The notes under the pieces: model-generated
What the model saw: the letters and a program-made list of their open reading frames with translations, nothing else
Database searches by the model: none
Told to the model about the DNA's origin: nothing
Program-made: the position numbers and the translations under genes
NCBI GenBank assembly: GCA_001778455.1
Contig: MFGX01000122.1
Location: 1-24,970, forward strand
Origin: Candidatus Fraserbacteria bacterium RBG_16_55_9
GTDB lineage: Bacteria; Bipolaricaulota; Bipolaricaulia; RBG-16-55-9
Direction of reading: 5' to 3'
Length of the DNA stretch: 24,970 nucleotides
In this document: positions 5,410 to 14,800 of the stretch, one piece after another
How positions within the stretch are numbered: the stretch's first letter is position 1
Layout of the letters: the number at the start of each line of letters is the position of its first letter

Positions 5410-7347
5410 ATGATCCTCAAACTGCCTGACGGTCGCAGGCTGGAGGTCAACGAGACCTGGCGGTCTGCCAAGACCCTGGGCGAAGCCCTTCAAGTACTCG
5501 ACCCCAAGCTCGCAAAGAAAGTCATCGGCGCTCGACGCAATGGCGAGTACGTCGATTTGTATTTCCGCCTGCCCTCGGAAGACGGCCAGCTGGAACTCTT
5601 GGCTCTGGAAGACGAGGGGGCGCAGTGGCTCTATCGCCACAGCATGGCCCATGTGATGGCTCAGGCCGTCAAACGTCTCTTTCCGGAAGCTAAATTGGCC
5701 ATCGGTCCGCCCATCGAAGAGGGTTTCTATTACGACTTCGATGTCCCAGAGCCCTTCAAGCCCGAAGACCTGGAGAAGATCGCTCAAGAGATGCAAAAAG
5801 TTGTCAAAGAGAACCACTCGTTCGAGCGGATGGAGGTCTCCCGCCAAGAAGCGATGAAGATGATCAAAGAGATGAAGGAGCCTTACAAGTTGGAGATTCT
5901 CAATGAGCTCGAAGAGGGGGAACAGATCTCTTTCTACAAAGACGGTGAATTCGTCGATCTCTGTCGCGGCCCTCATGTCCCCAGTTCCGGGTTAGTGAAA
6001 TACTTCCAGCTGCTCGAGATCGCTGGAGCCTACTGGCGCGGAGACGAGAAGAACAAGATGCTCCAGCGCATTTATGGAACAGCTTTCGCCAAGAAAGAAG
6101 ATCTCGAAGTATTCTTGAAGAGACGAGAGGAAGCCGCTCGCCGCGATCATCGCCGCCTGGGTCGTGAACTCGAGCTCTTCAGCATGGAAGAGGAAGTGGG
6201 TCCTGGGCTTATCTTCTGGCATCCCAAGGGGATGACCGTTCGGCGGGAGTTAGAGAAATTCGAAGTCGAAGAACACCTCAAGCGAGGCTATCAGTACGTC
6301 GCTACGCCCCATCTAGGCAAAGCAAAGCTCTGGGAGATCAGCGGCCACTTGAGCTACTACCGAGAGAACATGTTCCGAGTCGAGGTGGAGGGCCAAGAAT
6401 ACTTCGTCAAGCCCATGAACTGCCCTTTCCACATCATGATGTACAAGTCGAAGACCCGCTCGTACCGCGATCTGCCATTGAAGCTAGCAGAATATGGCAC
6501 CGTCTATCGCAACGAGAGAAGCGGCGTGCTGCACGGGTTACTGCGTGTGCGCATGATCACTCAGGATGATGCGCACATCTTCTGCGCGCCCGACCAAGCC
6601 CAAGGAATGGTGGCCGAAGTTGTCGATCTGGCTTTTCACATCTTGGGTACTCTGGGGTTCAAAGACTATGAAATCTCTCTCTCTGTGCGCGACCCGGAGA
6701 ACTTGAGTAAGTACGGGGGCACAGATGAAGACTGGCAGAAGGCCGAAGCCGCGCTCGAAGCCGTGCTGAAAGCGAAAGGGTTGCCCTACAAGCGCATGGA
6801 GGGCGAAGCCCAGTTCTATGGACCGAAGATTGACGTGCACGTGAAGGATGCCATTGGGCGTCTTTGGCAGCTTACGACCGTGCAGCTTGACTTCGTGCTG
6901 CCGGAACGCTTCGATTGCAAATACGCGGCAGACGATGGCCGAGAGCATCGTCCTTACATCATCCACCGGGCGCTCTTTGGAGCATTGGAGCGCTTCTTCG
7001 GCATCTTGATCGAGCATTATGCCGGGGCATTTCCAGTCTGGCTGGCACCCGTGCAAGTGGCCATTTTGCCCATTGCAGATCGGCATCTTGACTATGCGCA
7101 GTCCGTGCAAGAGAAGCTCAAAGCTGCGGGCATCCGCTCGGAACTAAGCTACTCCAAGCACAAGACTCTCAGCTATCGAGTGCGAGACGCTCAACTCCAG
7201 AAGATCCCCTACATGCTCGTGATGGGAGACAAAGAAGTAGAGAGCAGCTCGGTGGCGGTGCGTCTTCGCACGGGAGAGGATCTTGGGCCACAAAAGCCGG
7301 AGGCGTTCATCGAGGAGTTGGCACGAAAGGTTGCTGAGCGACGCTAA
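5410..7347 (+). CDS. thrS: Threonine--tRNA ligase
   Basis: TGS N-terminus, editing motifs HSMAH and DLCRGPH, Zn ligands KPMNCPFH, QDDAH and IHRA, motif 2 YRNERSGVLHGLLRVR, and anticodon-binding C-terminus. ATG 5410 preferred over GTG 5401 because SD AAGGTG lies at 5398-5403. Confidence 0.98.
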   Translation: MILKLPDGRRLEVNETWRSAKTLGEALQVLDPKLAKKVIGARRNGEYVDLYFRLPSEDGQLELLALEDEGAQWLYRHSMAHVMAQAVKRLFPEAKLAIGPPIEEGFYYDFDVPEPFKPEDLEKIAQEMQKVVKENHSFERMEVSRQEAMKMIKEMKEPYKLEILNELEEGEQISFYKDGEFVDLCRGPHVPSSGLVKYFQLLEIAGAYWRGDEKNKMLQRIYGTAFAKKEDLEVFLKRREEAARRDHRRLGRELELFSMEEEVGPGLIFWHPKGMTVRRELEKFEVEEHLKRGYQYVATPHLGKAKLWEISGHLSYYRENMFRVEVEGQEYFVKPMNCPFHIMMYKSKTRSYRDLPLKLAEYGTVYRNERSGVLHGLLRVRMITQDDAHIFCAPDQAQGMVAEVVDLAFHILGTLGFKDYEISLSVRDPENLSKYGGTDEDWQKAEAALEAVLKAKGLPYKRMEGEAQFYGPKIDVHVKDAIGRLWQLTTVQLDFVLPERFDCKYAADDGREHRPYIIHRALFGALERFFGILIEHYAGAFPVWLAPVQVAILPIADRHLDYAQSVQEKLKAAGIRSELSYSKHKTLSYRVRDAQLQKIPYMLVMGDKEVESSSVAVRLRTGEDLGPQKPEAFIEELARKVAERR

Positions 7348-7838
7348 AGGGATTTCGCCATCAGGTAGGCGTCTTCCCCGCTGCCGTAGTAGTTGGGGAA
7401 GCGCTCCTGGATGTGAAAGCCGAAGTTCTCATAGAGGCGAATCGCCGGGTCATTGCTCACACGAACTTCGAGCTCCGCACAGTCGGCCCCCAGCTCCTTG
7501 AGGTATTGCATTCCCTGGCGTAAGAGGAGACTTCCGAGACCCCGTCTGCGAAGACTGGGGTCGATGGCCAAGTTCATGATGTGGCCCCTGCGCTCCTCCA
7601 GATCGACTTGCTGCCCCACGAGCGCTCGGGTGCGTTTCTCCAGGCGCTCCCATAGAGAAGGGATCTTGATTCCAACGAGGATGTATCCCACGATCTGCTC
7701 CTCTTGCTCGTAGACCATAAATCCACTCTCTCCAAGATGCCCCCGGAGGAGCTCCACGGGCCATGGGGACTGAAACGAAGTCTTCTCGATCTCCAGGATA
7801 CGCTGGAGATCTCTCTCGGTTGCGGGGCGTATCACCAT
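7344..7838 (-). CDS. rimI: RimI-like N-acetyltransferase (GNAT)
   Basis: IRPATERDL...IEKTSFQSPW, GHIMNLAIDP, acetyl-CoA motif RRRGLG, LEVRVSNDPAIRLYENFGF, RFPNYY...EDAYLM. Convergent 4-bp overlap with the thrS stop. Confidence 0.9.
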   Translation of the reverse strand: MVIRPATERDLQRILEIEKTSFQSPWPVELLRGHLGESGFMVYEQEEQIVGYILVGIKIPSLWERLEKRTRALVGQQVDLEERRGHIMNLAIDPSLRRRGLGSLLLRQGMQYLKELGADCAELEVRVSNDPAIRLYENFGFHIQERFPNYYGSGEDAYLMAKSL

Positions 7839-7858
7839 GCGTGTGCACCTGCTGCGCG

Positions 7859-7867
7859 ATTATATCA
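7859..7867 (-). promoter_or_regulatory. Extended -10 promoter for rimI
   Basis: Minus strand TGA-TATAAT (7867-7859), 20 nt upstream of the ATG. No convincing -35. A 6-bp inverted repeat TGGAGC/GCTCCA (7872-7888) lies just upstream. Confidence 0.5.
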
Positions 7868-7985
7868 ACGCTGGAGCGTCCTGCTCCATAGATATCTGCA
7901 TATAAATGAGAAAGTGTCCTGATTATCATGTAAACTAAGTGGGGAGTAAAATGCTTTTCTGTACGCCATTTCCCCCGTAGAGAGC

Positions 7986-8014
7986 TTGACGGAAGCGCTG
8001 GTTTTTGCTACAAT
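7986..8014 (+). promoter_or_regulatory. sigma70 promoter for the hpf operon
   Basis: TTGACG (7986-7991), 17 bp, TACAAT (8009-8014), with extended -10 TGC. Confidence 0.75.
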
Positions 8015-8032
8015 ACTGTCCACACGAGGACG

Positions 8033-8557
8033 ATGAAAATCACACTAGCTGAACGGCACATGCAGGCAAGCGAGGCCCTACGCAGTTATGCTGTGGCCAA
8101 GGTCGAGCACCTCAGCCGCTACTTCAACGATGGGATCATCAGTGTGGATGTGATGCTCGAGGCGGAGAAGGAGCGGCAGATCTGCGAGCTGGTGGCCCAT
8201 CTCATTCGGAAGAAGATCCTGAAGGCCTCTGCGGAGGCCGAAGATATGCACGCGGCCGTCGATGCCGCCATCGATAGACTCAAGACGCAGTTGAGCCGCT
8301 ATAAGGGCCGCTTGAGGGAGAATCGATCCAAGGGCAGAGCACAGGAGGTCCCCGCGGAGCTCGATCATCCGTCGCGGGATCTCCAGCGAGTCCAGGTCTA
8401 CTTGAAGAAACCCATGACCCCCGAGGAAGCAATCCTCCAGCTGGAATCCTATCAGAAGAAGGATTTCCTCATCTTTATGGATGCCGAGCGCGAGGCACTC
8501 AGCGTCCTGAGGCGCCTATCGGATGGGCGGTATGAACTGCTGGAACCCGTCTACTAG
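8033..8557 (+). CDS. hpf: Ribosome hibernation promoting factor, long form (HPF/RaiA with S30AE C-terminal domain)
   Basis: MKITLAERHMQASEALRSYAVAKVEHL ... AEDMHAAVDAAIDRLKTQLSRYK. C-terminal KPMTPEEAILQLE...FLIF...SVL.R..DGRYELLEP. Confidence 0.93.
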   Translation: MKITLAERHMQASEALRSYAVAKVEHLSRYFNDGIISVDVMLEAEKERQICELVAHLIRKKILKASAEAEDMHAAVDAAIDRLKTQLSRYKGRLRENRSKGRAQEVPAELDHPSRDLQRVQVYLKKPMTPEEAILQLESYQKKDFLIFMDAEREALSVLRRLSDGRYELLEPVY

Positions 8558-8620
8558 GGGGGGGGAATTGGGGATCATGCGATGAGTAGGTAGAGATCGC
8601 ACGAGTATGGAGGGAAGGGG

Positions 8621-9643
8621 ATGGCCAAGGCAGTCTCTCTTTTTTCGGGAAGCCTTGCGAGCATCGTAGCCACCAAGTTGATCATGCAGGAACCCGGCGT
8701 GGAGGAGGTCAAGCTCCTTCACTTTCGTTCACCGTTTTTCCGTGACTACGACCTCAGCAAAGAGCTAGGAAAGGCGTATTTCAACGGTTCCTTCCGTAGC
8801 CAAAGCGTTAAGAAGGATTTTGCGGAGCTGACCAACATCCCTAGCGTGGGAGGATATGACATCAAGAACTGCTGCACCGGCTGCCGCAAGCTCATGATCC
8901 GCAAGGCCTTGCGCTACATGAAAAAAGTCGGTGCGGATTTCTTGGTTACCGGCGAGATCGTCGGCGTACGTGGCCTCGAGACAGAGGATATAGCTCGGCT
9001 GACGCAAGATGCAGGGGCAGAAGATCGTGTGCTTCGGCCGCTCTCTGCAAGGCTTCTGCCACCGACCCGAGCCGAGCGAGAAACTTGGGTCGAGCGGAGG
9101 CGTCTTAAGGGCTTCACGGCAGGTGACCGCTGCCAACTCATTCGACTCGCCCGGAAGCTAGGGATCGAAACGGAAGGTTTTTCTGCGGAGAGGCGTTGTA
9201 AGCTCGTCCTCCCCTATTTCGGTCAACGATTGGAAGATCTACTGCAAGAAGATCGCCTGACCCTGAACGGTCTAGAGTTGCTTGAATTCCCGCTCTACTA
9301 CAAGCGGCCTCCGGATGTGAAGATCGTGCTGGGCCGAGATGAGGAAGAGAAGAAGAGGCTGCAGAACTTCTTCCTTCCCGATGATCTGAGGCTCTATGTG
9401 CCCGTAAACGACGGCCCCATCGCTCTCGTGCGTGCCAATTGGCGTGAGAAGAGCGAGCGCGAGGTCCTTCAGATCATTGAGCTGGCCGCTCGGATCACGG
9501 CGATGCACGCCGACTTGGGCTCACGGCACCGCGTACAGGCCAATTATCGCTTCGAGAATTCTCAGGAGACCTATCGGATCAACATCGCGCCTTTCTCCTC
9601 CAAGCGCGACCTAGAGAAACACTGCATTCGGCTGGATTTCTAG
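8621..9643 (+). CDS. ThiI/MnmA-like adenine nucleotide alpha-hydrolase (PP-loop) family protein, degenerate active site
   Basis: KAVSLFSGSLAS (PP-loop-like), LHFRSPFF, CCTGCRKLMIRKA, GADFLVTGEIVG, VLRPLSARLLPPT and KIVLGR. This follows the layout of tRNA thiolase-like proteins, but several conserved residues are replaced. Confidence 0.72.
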   Translation: MAKAVSLFSGSLASIVATKLIMQEPGVEEVKLLHFRSPFFRDYDLSKELGKAYFNGSFRSQSVKKDFAELTNIPSVGGYDIKNCCTGCRKLMIRKALRYMKKVGADFLVTGEIVGVRGLETEDIARLTQDAGAEDRVLRPLSARLLPPTRAERETWVERRRLKGFTAGDRCQLIRLARKLGIETEGFSAERRCKLVLPYFGQRLEDLLQEDRLTLNGLELLEFPLYYKRPPDVKIVLGRDEEEKKRLQNFFLPDDLRLYVPVNDGPIALVRANWREKSEREVLQIIELAARITAMHADLGSRHRVQANYRFENSQETYRINIAPFSSKRDLEKHCIRLDF

Positions 9644-9653
9644 CTCCCTATCG

Positions 9654-11618
9654 ATGCCAACGTCAAGCGTGCTGGAATCCTTAAACCCAGAGCAACGTCA
9701 GGCCGTCACTCACATAGAAGGGCCTCTATTGATCCTTGCCGGGCCAGGCAGTGGTAAGACAAAGGTCATCACCCATCGGATCGCGTACCTGCTGGAGCAG
9801 GGCATCTCCTCTCAAAGCATCTTGGGAGTGACATTCACCAACAAGGCGGCGAACGAGATGCGCTCTCGCGTGGAAACCTTGCTGGACTCTGAACATCCGC
9901 TGCCCTGGATCCACACGTTTCACGCAACGTGTGCGCGGATTTTGAGAGCGCACATCTCTTGCCTATCTCCTCGCTACAGCAGCTATTTCTCCATCCTAGA
10001 TGAGGGCGACCAGCATGAGGTCATCACGCAGGCTTTGAAGGACCTCGATGTGGATTCGGATGAGGTCAGTCCCGGTATGTGTGCAGCCGTGATCGATCGG
10101 GCCAAGGACGAACTCGTCGGCCCGGAGGATTTCAAGGAGAAATACGCGGGGAAGCTCGATTCCTTCATACTGGAAGTGGTGGCCCGTGTCTATCGTCGCT
10201 ATCAAGAGATCCTAGAGACGAGCAATGCTCTCGACTTCGGGGATCTCTTGCGATTGGCTGTCCAGCTCTTGCACCAGCATCTGGACATCCTGAATCACTA
10301 CCGCGAACGGTTTCAGTATTTATTGGTCGATGAGTATCAAGACATCAACCACGCGCAGTACGTCTTCGCACGCACTCTCGCCGAGCGCTCGGGCAATATC
10401 GCCGTGGTGGGGGATGAGGATCAGGCCATCTTCAGCTGGAGAGGGTCAGATCCATCGTATATCTTGCGCTTTGAACGGGATTTCCCCCGCGCGCGGGTGA
10501 TTGAGCTTCGACGTCATTATCGATGGCCTCATGGAGATCGTATCTTCAAGGCTGCCCGCCACCTCATTGTCAACAATACCCTGAGGGTCAAGTCGAAGGA
10601 CTGGGCCGAACTGCAGGGCCAAGGCGAACCGATCCGACTCTGTATGGCTCGCGACGAGATCGATGAGGCCCAGGCCGTCGCCCAGGAGATTTCTCATCTC
10701 TGGCAAGTTGGGCGTATGGATTTGACCCAAATCGCTGTTCTCTATCGGGTGAACACCCTCTCGCGAGTTCTGGAAGAAGCGTTGATCCGCGAGCGGATCC
10801 CCTATGAGATCGTCCGTGGGTTGCGCTTCTATGAGCGCAGGGAAGTCAAGGATCTGTTGGCCTACCTGAAGTTTCTTTCCAATCCCGATGACGAGATCAG
10901 TCTCTTGAGGTCGCTCGCACGCCCCAAGAGGGGCCTAGGGGAGACATCACTTGGCAAGCTGAAACGCATTGCAGCTCAAGAAAAACTCCCTCTCTGGCGA
11001 GCAATGAAGAAGGTCTCTCAACAGCCCGAGGGTTCCCTCAAGGGTCAGCAGACTCAGTCCCTTGGGGAGTTCGTTTCGCTGATGGAAGAACTCCAGGAAC
11101 TCGCTCGGAGCCTTCCCCCCAGCGAGCTGGCCCAAGCGGTGCTGGAGAGGACAGGCTACCTGTCTGAGCTGTGGAAGAGTCCGGAGGGCGAAGAAAGATG
11201 GGGAAACATCCGGGAGTTGTTGGGACAGATGAAGGAGTATGAGCGAACTGGTGGGGGCGATCTGGCCGGATTTCTGGAGCAAATTGCCCTCCTTTCGGAT
11301 ATCGATCGGTACTCGGGCGAGGAGGGACGTGTGGCCTTGATGACGCTCCATGCGTCAAAGGGACTGGAATTCGACTGCGTTTTCATCATAGGGCTGGAGG
11401 AGAACCTGCTGCCGCACTCGCGGTCCGTTGCGGAGGAGATGCTGGAAGAGGAGCGCCGGCTTCTCTATGTGGGGATGACCCGCGCTCGTCGGCGGCTCTA
11501 TCTATCTTTCGCCCACCAGCGATCGCTCTATGGGAGCGTTGCGCTGAACGCTCCATCCCGGTTCCTCTCCGAGCTGCCCTCAGAGGACTTGGCCATGGTG
11601 GAAGTGGTGGGCGAATAG
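9654..11618 (+). CDS. pcrA: SF1 DNA helicase, UvrD/PcrA/Rep family
   Basis: LNPEQRQAV (Q motif), LAGPGSGKT, TFTNKAA, TFH, DEYQD, GDEDQAIFSWRG, LYRVN, TLHASKGLEF, EERRLLYVGMTRA, PSRFL. The exact start is uncertain (no SD), and pcrA versus uvrD is not resolved. Confidence 0.93.
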   Translation: MPTSSVLESLNPEQRQAVTHIEGPLLILAGPGSGKTKVITHRIAYLLEQGISSQSILGVTFTNKAANEMRSRVETLLDSEHPLPWIHTFHATCARILRAHISCLSPRYSSYFSILDEGDQHEVITQALKDLDVDSDEVSPGMCAAVIDRAKDELVGPEDFKEKYAGKLDSFILEVVARVYRRYQEILETSNALDFGDLLRLAVQLLHQHLDILNHYRERFQYLLVDEYQDINHAQYVFARTLAERSGNIAVVGDEDQAIFSWRGSDPSYILRFERDFPRARVIELRRHYRWPHGDRIFKAARHLIVNNTLRVKSKDWAELQGQGEPIRLCMARDEIDEAQAVAQEISHLWQVGRMDLTQIAVLYRVNTLSRVLEEALIRERIPYEIVRGLRFYERREVKDLLAYLKFLSNPDDEISLLRSLARPKRGLGETSLGKLKRIAAQEKLPLWRAMKKVSQQPEGSLKGQQTQSLGEFVSLMEELQELARSLPPSELAQAVLERTGYLSELWKSPEGEERWGNIRELLGQMKEYERTGGGDLAGFLEQIALLSDIDRYSGEEGRVALMTLHASKGLEFDCVFIIGLEENLLPHSRSVAEEMLEEERRLLYVGMTRARRRLYLSFAHQRSLYGSVALNAPSRFLSELPSEDLAMVEVVGE

Positions 11619-11626
11619 AAAGAAGG

Positions 11627-11654
11627 TTGAAACGGGTCCGATTTTGGGTATACT
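11627..11654 (+). promoter_or_regulatory. Putative dedicated sigma70 promoter for rpoC
   Basis: TTGAAA (11627-11632), 16 bp, TATACT (11649-11654), directly after the helicase stop codon. Implies a leader of about 175 nt. Confidence 0.62.
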
Positions 11655-11834
11655 TAAAGGTCACGATGCCTTTCTAGCTCAATTTGTGTACGCGGCAGAT
11701 ATGGGTTCGACAAGATCATTTCTACTGTTCCCGTGCTAAGGAAGATCGTTGATGGACGCGTTGGGAGCGCTTCTGTCTATTGATCGCGGAATCGTCCTCA
11801 AGAGATGAAACAAAGAGATGAGGGGTGAATTGAC

Positions 11835-14800
11835 TTGATCAGAGGAGATGACATCGCTCGGGTCCGGCTTGGGCTTGCCTCACCGGAGGAGATCAAGAGC
11901 TGGTCTCAAGGTGAGGTTACCGAGTCGGAGACGATCAACTATCGAACGTACAAACCGGAACGTGGGGGCCTCTACGCGGAGGAGATCTTCGGACCTGAGA
12001 AGGACTATGAGTGTGCCTGCGGCAAGCTGCGCGGCCGCAAGTATGAGGGACTCACCTGCGACAAGTGCAACGTGCTGGTGACCAGTCGTGACGTCCGACG
12101 CTCGAACATGGGCCACATTGAACTGGCCAGCCCCGTCGTGCATTTCTGGTACATCAAGGGCATATCCAGTCCCTTGAGCACGCTTTTGGGGATCAAGCGT
12201 AATACGCTGAAGAAGATCGCTTACTACGAAACCGAGCCACTCAATGAAGAGGTCTATCTTGTCCTTCGCTCACAGGAATCGGAGTTCGGGGTAGGGGAGA
12301 GGATCTACCGCTCGCAATACGAGATCCTGAGCCGCAAGAAGAAGATCACAGCCGAGCCGGCCTATGAAGTCCTCGAGGGCACGGAAGTACGTGCTCAGGC
12401 AGCTGGGCAAGTCACTTTTGAGGAGTTGAAGCTGGATAATGGCCAGATCTTGCGGGTCATTCGCATCGGTGATAAAGACCATATCGTCACTTCCCAGGCC
12501 CAGCTCACAGTGAAGAAGGGCAGCAAGGTGGAAGAGGGTGAGCTCCTGACCGCTTCCCCCGTGGGTCCAGAGGAGCTGATCTCGGAGACTCAACACAATC
12601 TCCTAAAGACGGTCTATCCTGATTTACAAGCCCAGCGGGCTCGAGAAGTGGTTGATAGCCTGGTCTTTCTGGTTACGTCCGTGAAGAACCCGTCATTGCC
12701 CTTCAAGGTTGGCGATCTGCTCTGGGAACCGGAGGTCCGCACCTATGAAAAACTCCACCCCAAGCAGTTTGAAGCCGCAGCGGGCGCCGAAGGGATTCAG
12801 GGGGTCTTGGGCAACCTGGACCTCGATACCTGGGCGGAAGAACTTAGGGCTCAAGTGGAAAACGAGGCAAGTTTAGGACGCAAGAAGAGGTTGCTCAAGC
12901 GTCTGGAGGTCGTCGATCAACTGAGAAAATCGGGTAACCGCGCTCAGGATATGGTGATGAGTATCATCCCGGTGCTTCCCCCGGAGCTGCGCCCGATCGT
13001 TCAGCTGGAAGGCGGAAAATTCGCGACGACGGATCTCAATGACCTTTATCGGCGGATCATCAACCGGAACAACCGTCTGAAGAAATTGCAGGAGATGGGC
13101 GCTCCGGAGATCATCTTGCGCAATGAGCGACGCATGCTCCAAGAGGCCGCCGATGCCCTCATCCATAATGAGAAGAAGGACAGCCCCATCTTGGGTCGGG
13201 ATAATCGTCCCCTAAAGTCCCTGAGCGAGCGCATCCAAGGCAAGCACGGACGCCTGCGGAGAAACCTCTTGGGTAAGCGCGTCGATTACTCCGGTCGTGC
13301 GGTAATTGTCGTCAACCCCAAGCTGAAGCTCCATCAGTGCGGCTTGCCCAAGAAGATGGCCTTGGAGCTCTTCAAGCCCTTCATCCTGCGGGAGCTCTCT
13401 CAGGAAGATTCCCATCACATCTCCAATTACGATGAAGTCAAGAACAAGGCCCTCTCGGGTGAGATGCCCAAGGTCTGGGATGTGTTGGAGAGGCTCATCA
13501 AGGAGCACCCCGTGCTGCTCAACCGCGCTCCCACCCTCCACCGACTGGGTATTCAAGCTTTTGAGCCCGTGCTGGTGGATGGGGAAGCCATACAGATCCA
13601 CCCGTTCGTCTGCCCGCCCTACAACGCGGACTTCGACGGCGACCAGATGGCCACCCATTTGCCGCTCTCCCCGAAGGCTATTCAGGAAGCTCGTGAGCGA
13701 ATGCTCTCTTCTCGCAATATCCTCTCGCCTGCCAGTGGCGTGCCGCTCACCCTACCCACCAAGGATTTCGTATTTGCGTTCTATTATCTCACCCTCGAAA
13801 ATCCCGAGGGTCGTGGAGCAGGGAAAGCCTTTGCCAGCTTGCGAGAGGCCGAGCGCGCCCGCGAAGTCGGCGTGATTGGAACCCATACCCCCGTCAAGGT
13901 TCGCATGGATGGGAAGTTGATCGATACGACCCTGGGTCGAGCCCAACTCAATCAACTTCTGCCCGAGGATCTACGAAATTACCAGAAGGCCTTTGATGCC
14001 GGAGACATCCAACAGACGATCATGGAGTGCTACCACCGCTATGGCAACGACCGGACGGTGGAGCTCCTGGATGCTCTCAAGGAGCTGGCGCTCTCCGCGA
14101 TGACCCAGTCGGGTCTTACGATCTCTGTTACCGATGCACTCATCCCACTGGAGAAGTCGGCCGTTCTTCTGGAGGCGCAGCAGCGCGTTGAGCGTATCCA
14201 TCAGATGTATGATCGGGGCTTGGCCACGGCAGACGATCGGCGCCAGGCTACGATCAAGGTCTGGATGGAAACCGTCGATCAGATGGAGAAGGCAACCATG
14301 CAACACCTCGCCCATTACCCCTTCAACCCGATTTACATGGTCGTCCGGTCCCGAGCCCGTGGAAGCGCCAACCAAGTAAAGCAGCTTGCGGGGATGAGAG
14401 GGCCAATGACCGATCCGGCAGGTCGGATCATCGAGATGCCGGTGAAGTCCAACTTCCGCGAGGGACTCAGCGTCATGGAATACTTCATCAGCACGCACGG
14501 TGGCCGCAAGGGTACGGCGGACACAGCGCTCAAGACCGCAGAGTCCGGCTACCTCACGCGCCGGCTCGTGGATGCGGCGGAAGAGCTCATCATCAAGGAA
14601 GAGGACTGTGGCACTCAGGCAGGAATTGAGATTGACCCTCTACGCTATAGTCGCGATGAGGTCATGCTGAACGTCGAGGAGCGCATCTACAGCCGCATCA
14701 CCGCTGAGCCCATCCGCTTTGGTGGGAAGGTCCTGCTCGAACGAGGTCAACCCATCGATCGCCATAAGGCGGAGGAACTGGGGCAGCTTGCGATGACCAC

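Noticed and set aside
11668-11717. tRNA-like fragments in the rpoC leader (TAGCTCAATT and GGTTCGA)
   Set aside because: The two motifs are about 15 nt too close together (no anticodon arm), the T-stem cannot pair (ATGGG versus AGATC) and there is no acceptor stem. Treated as chance similarity.
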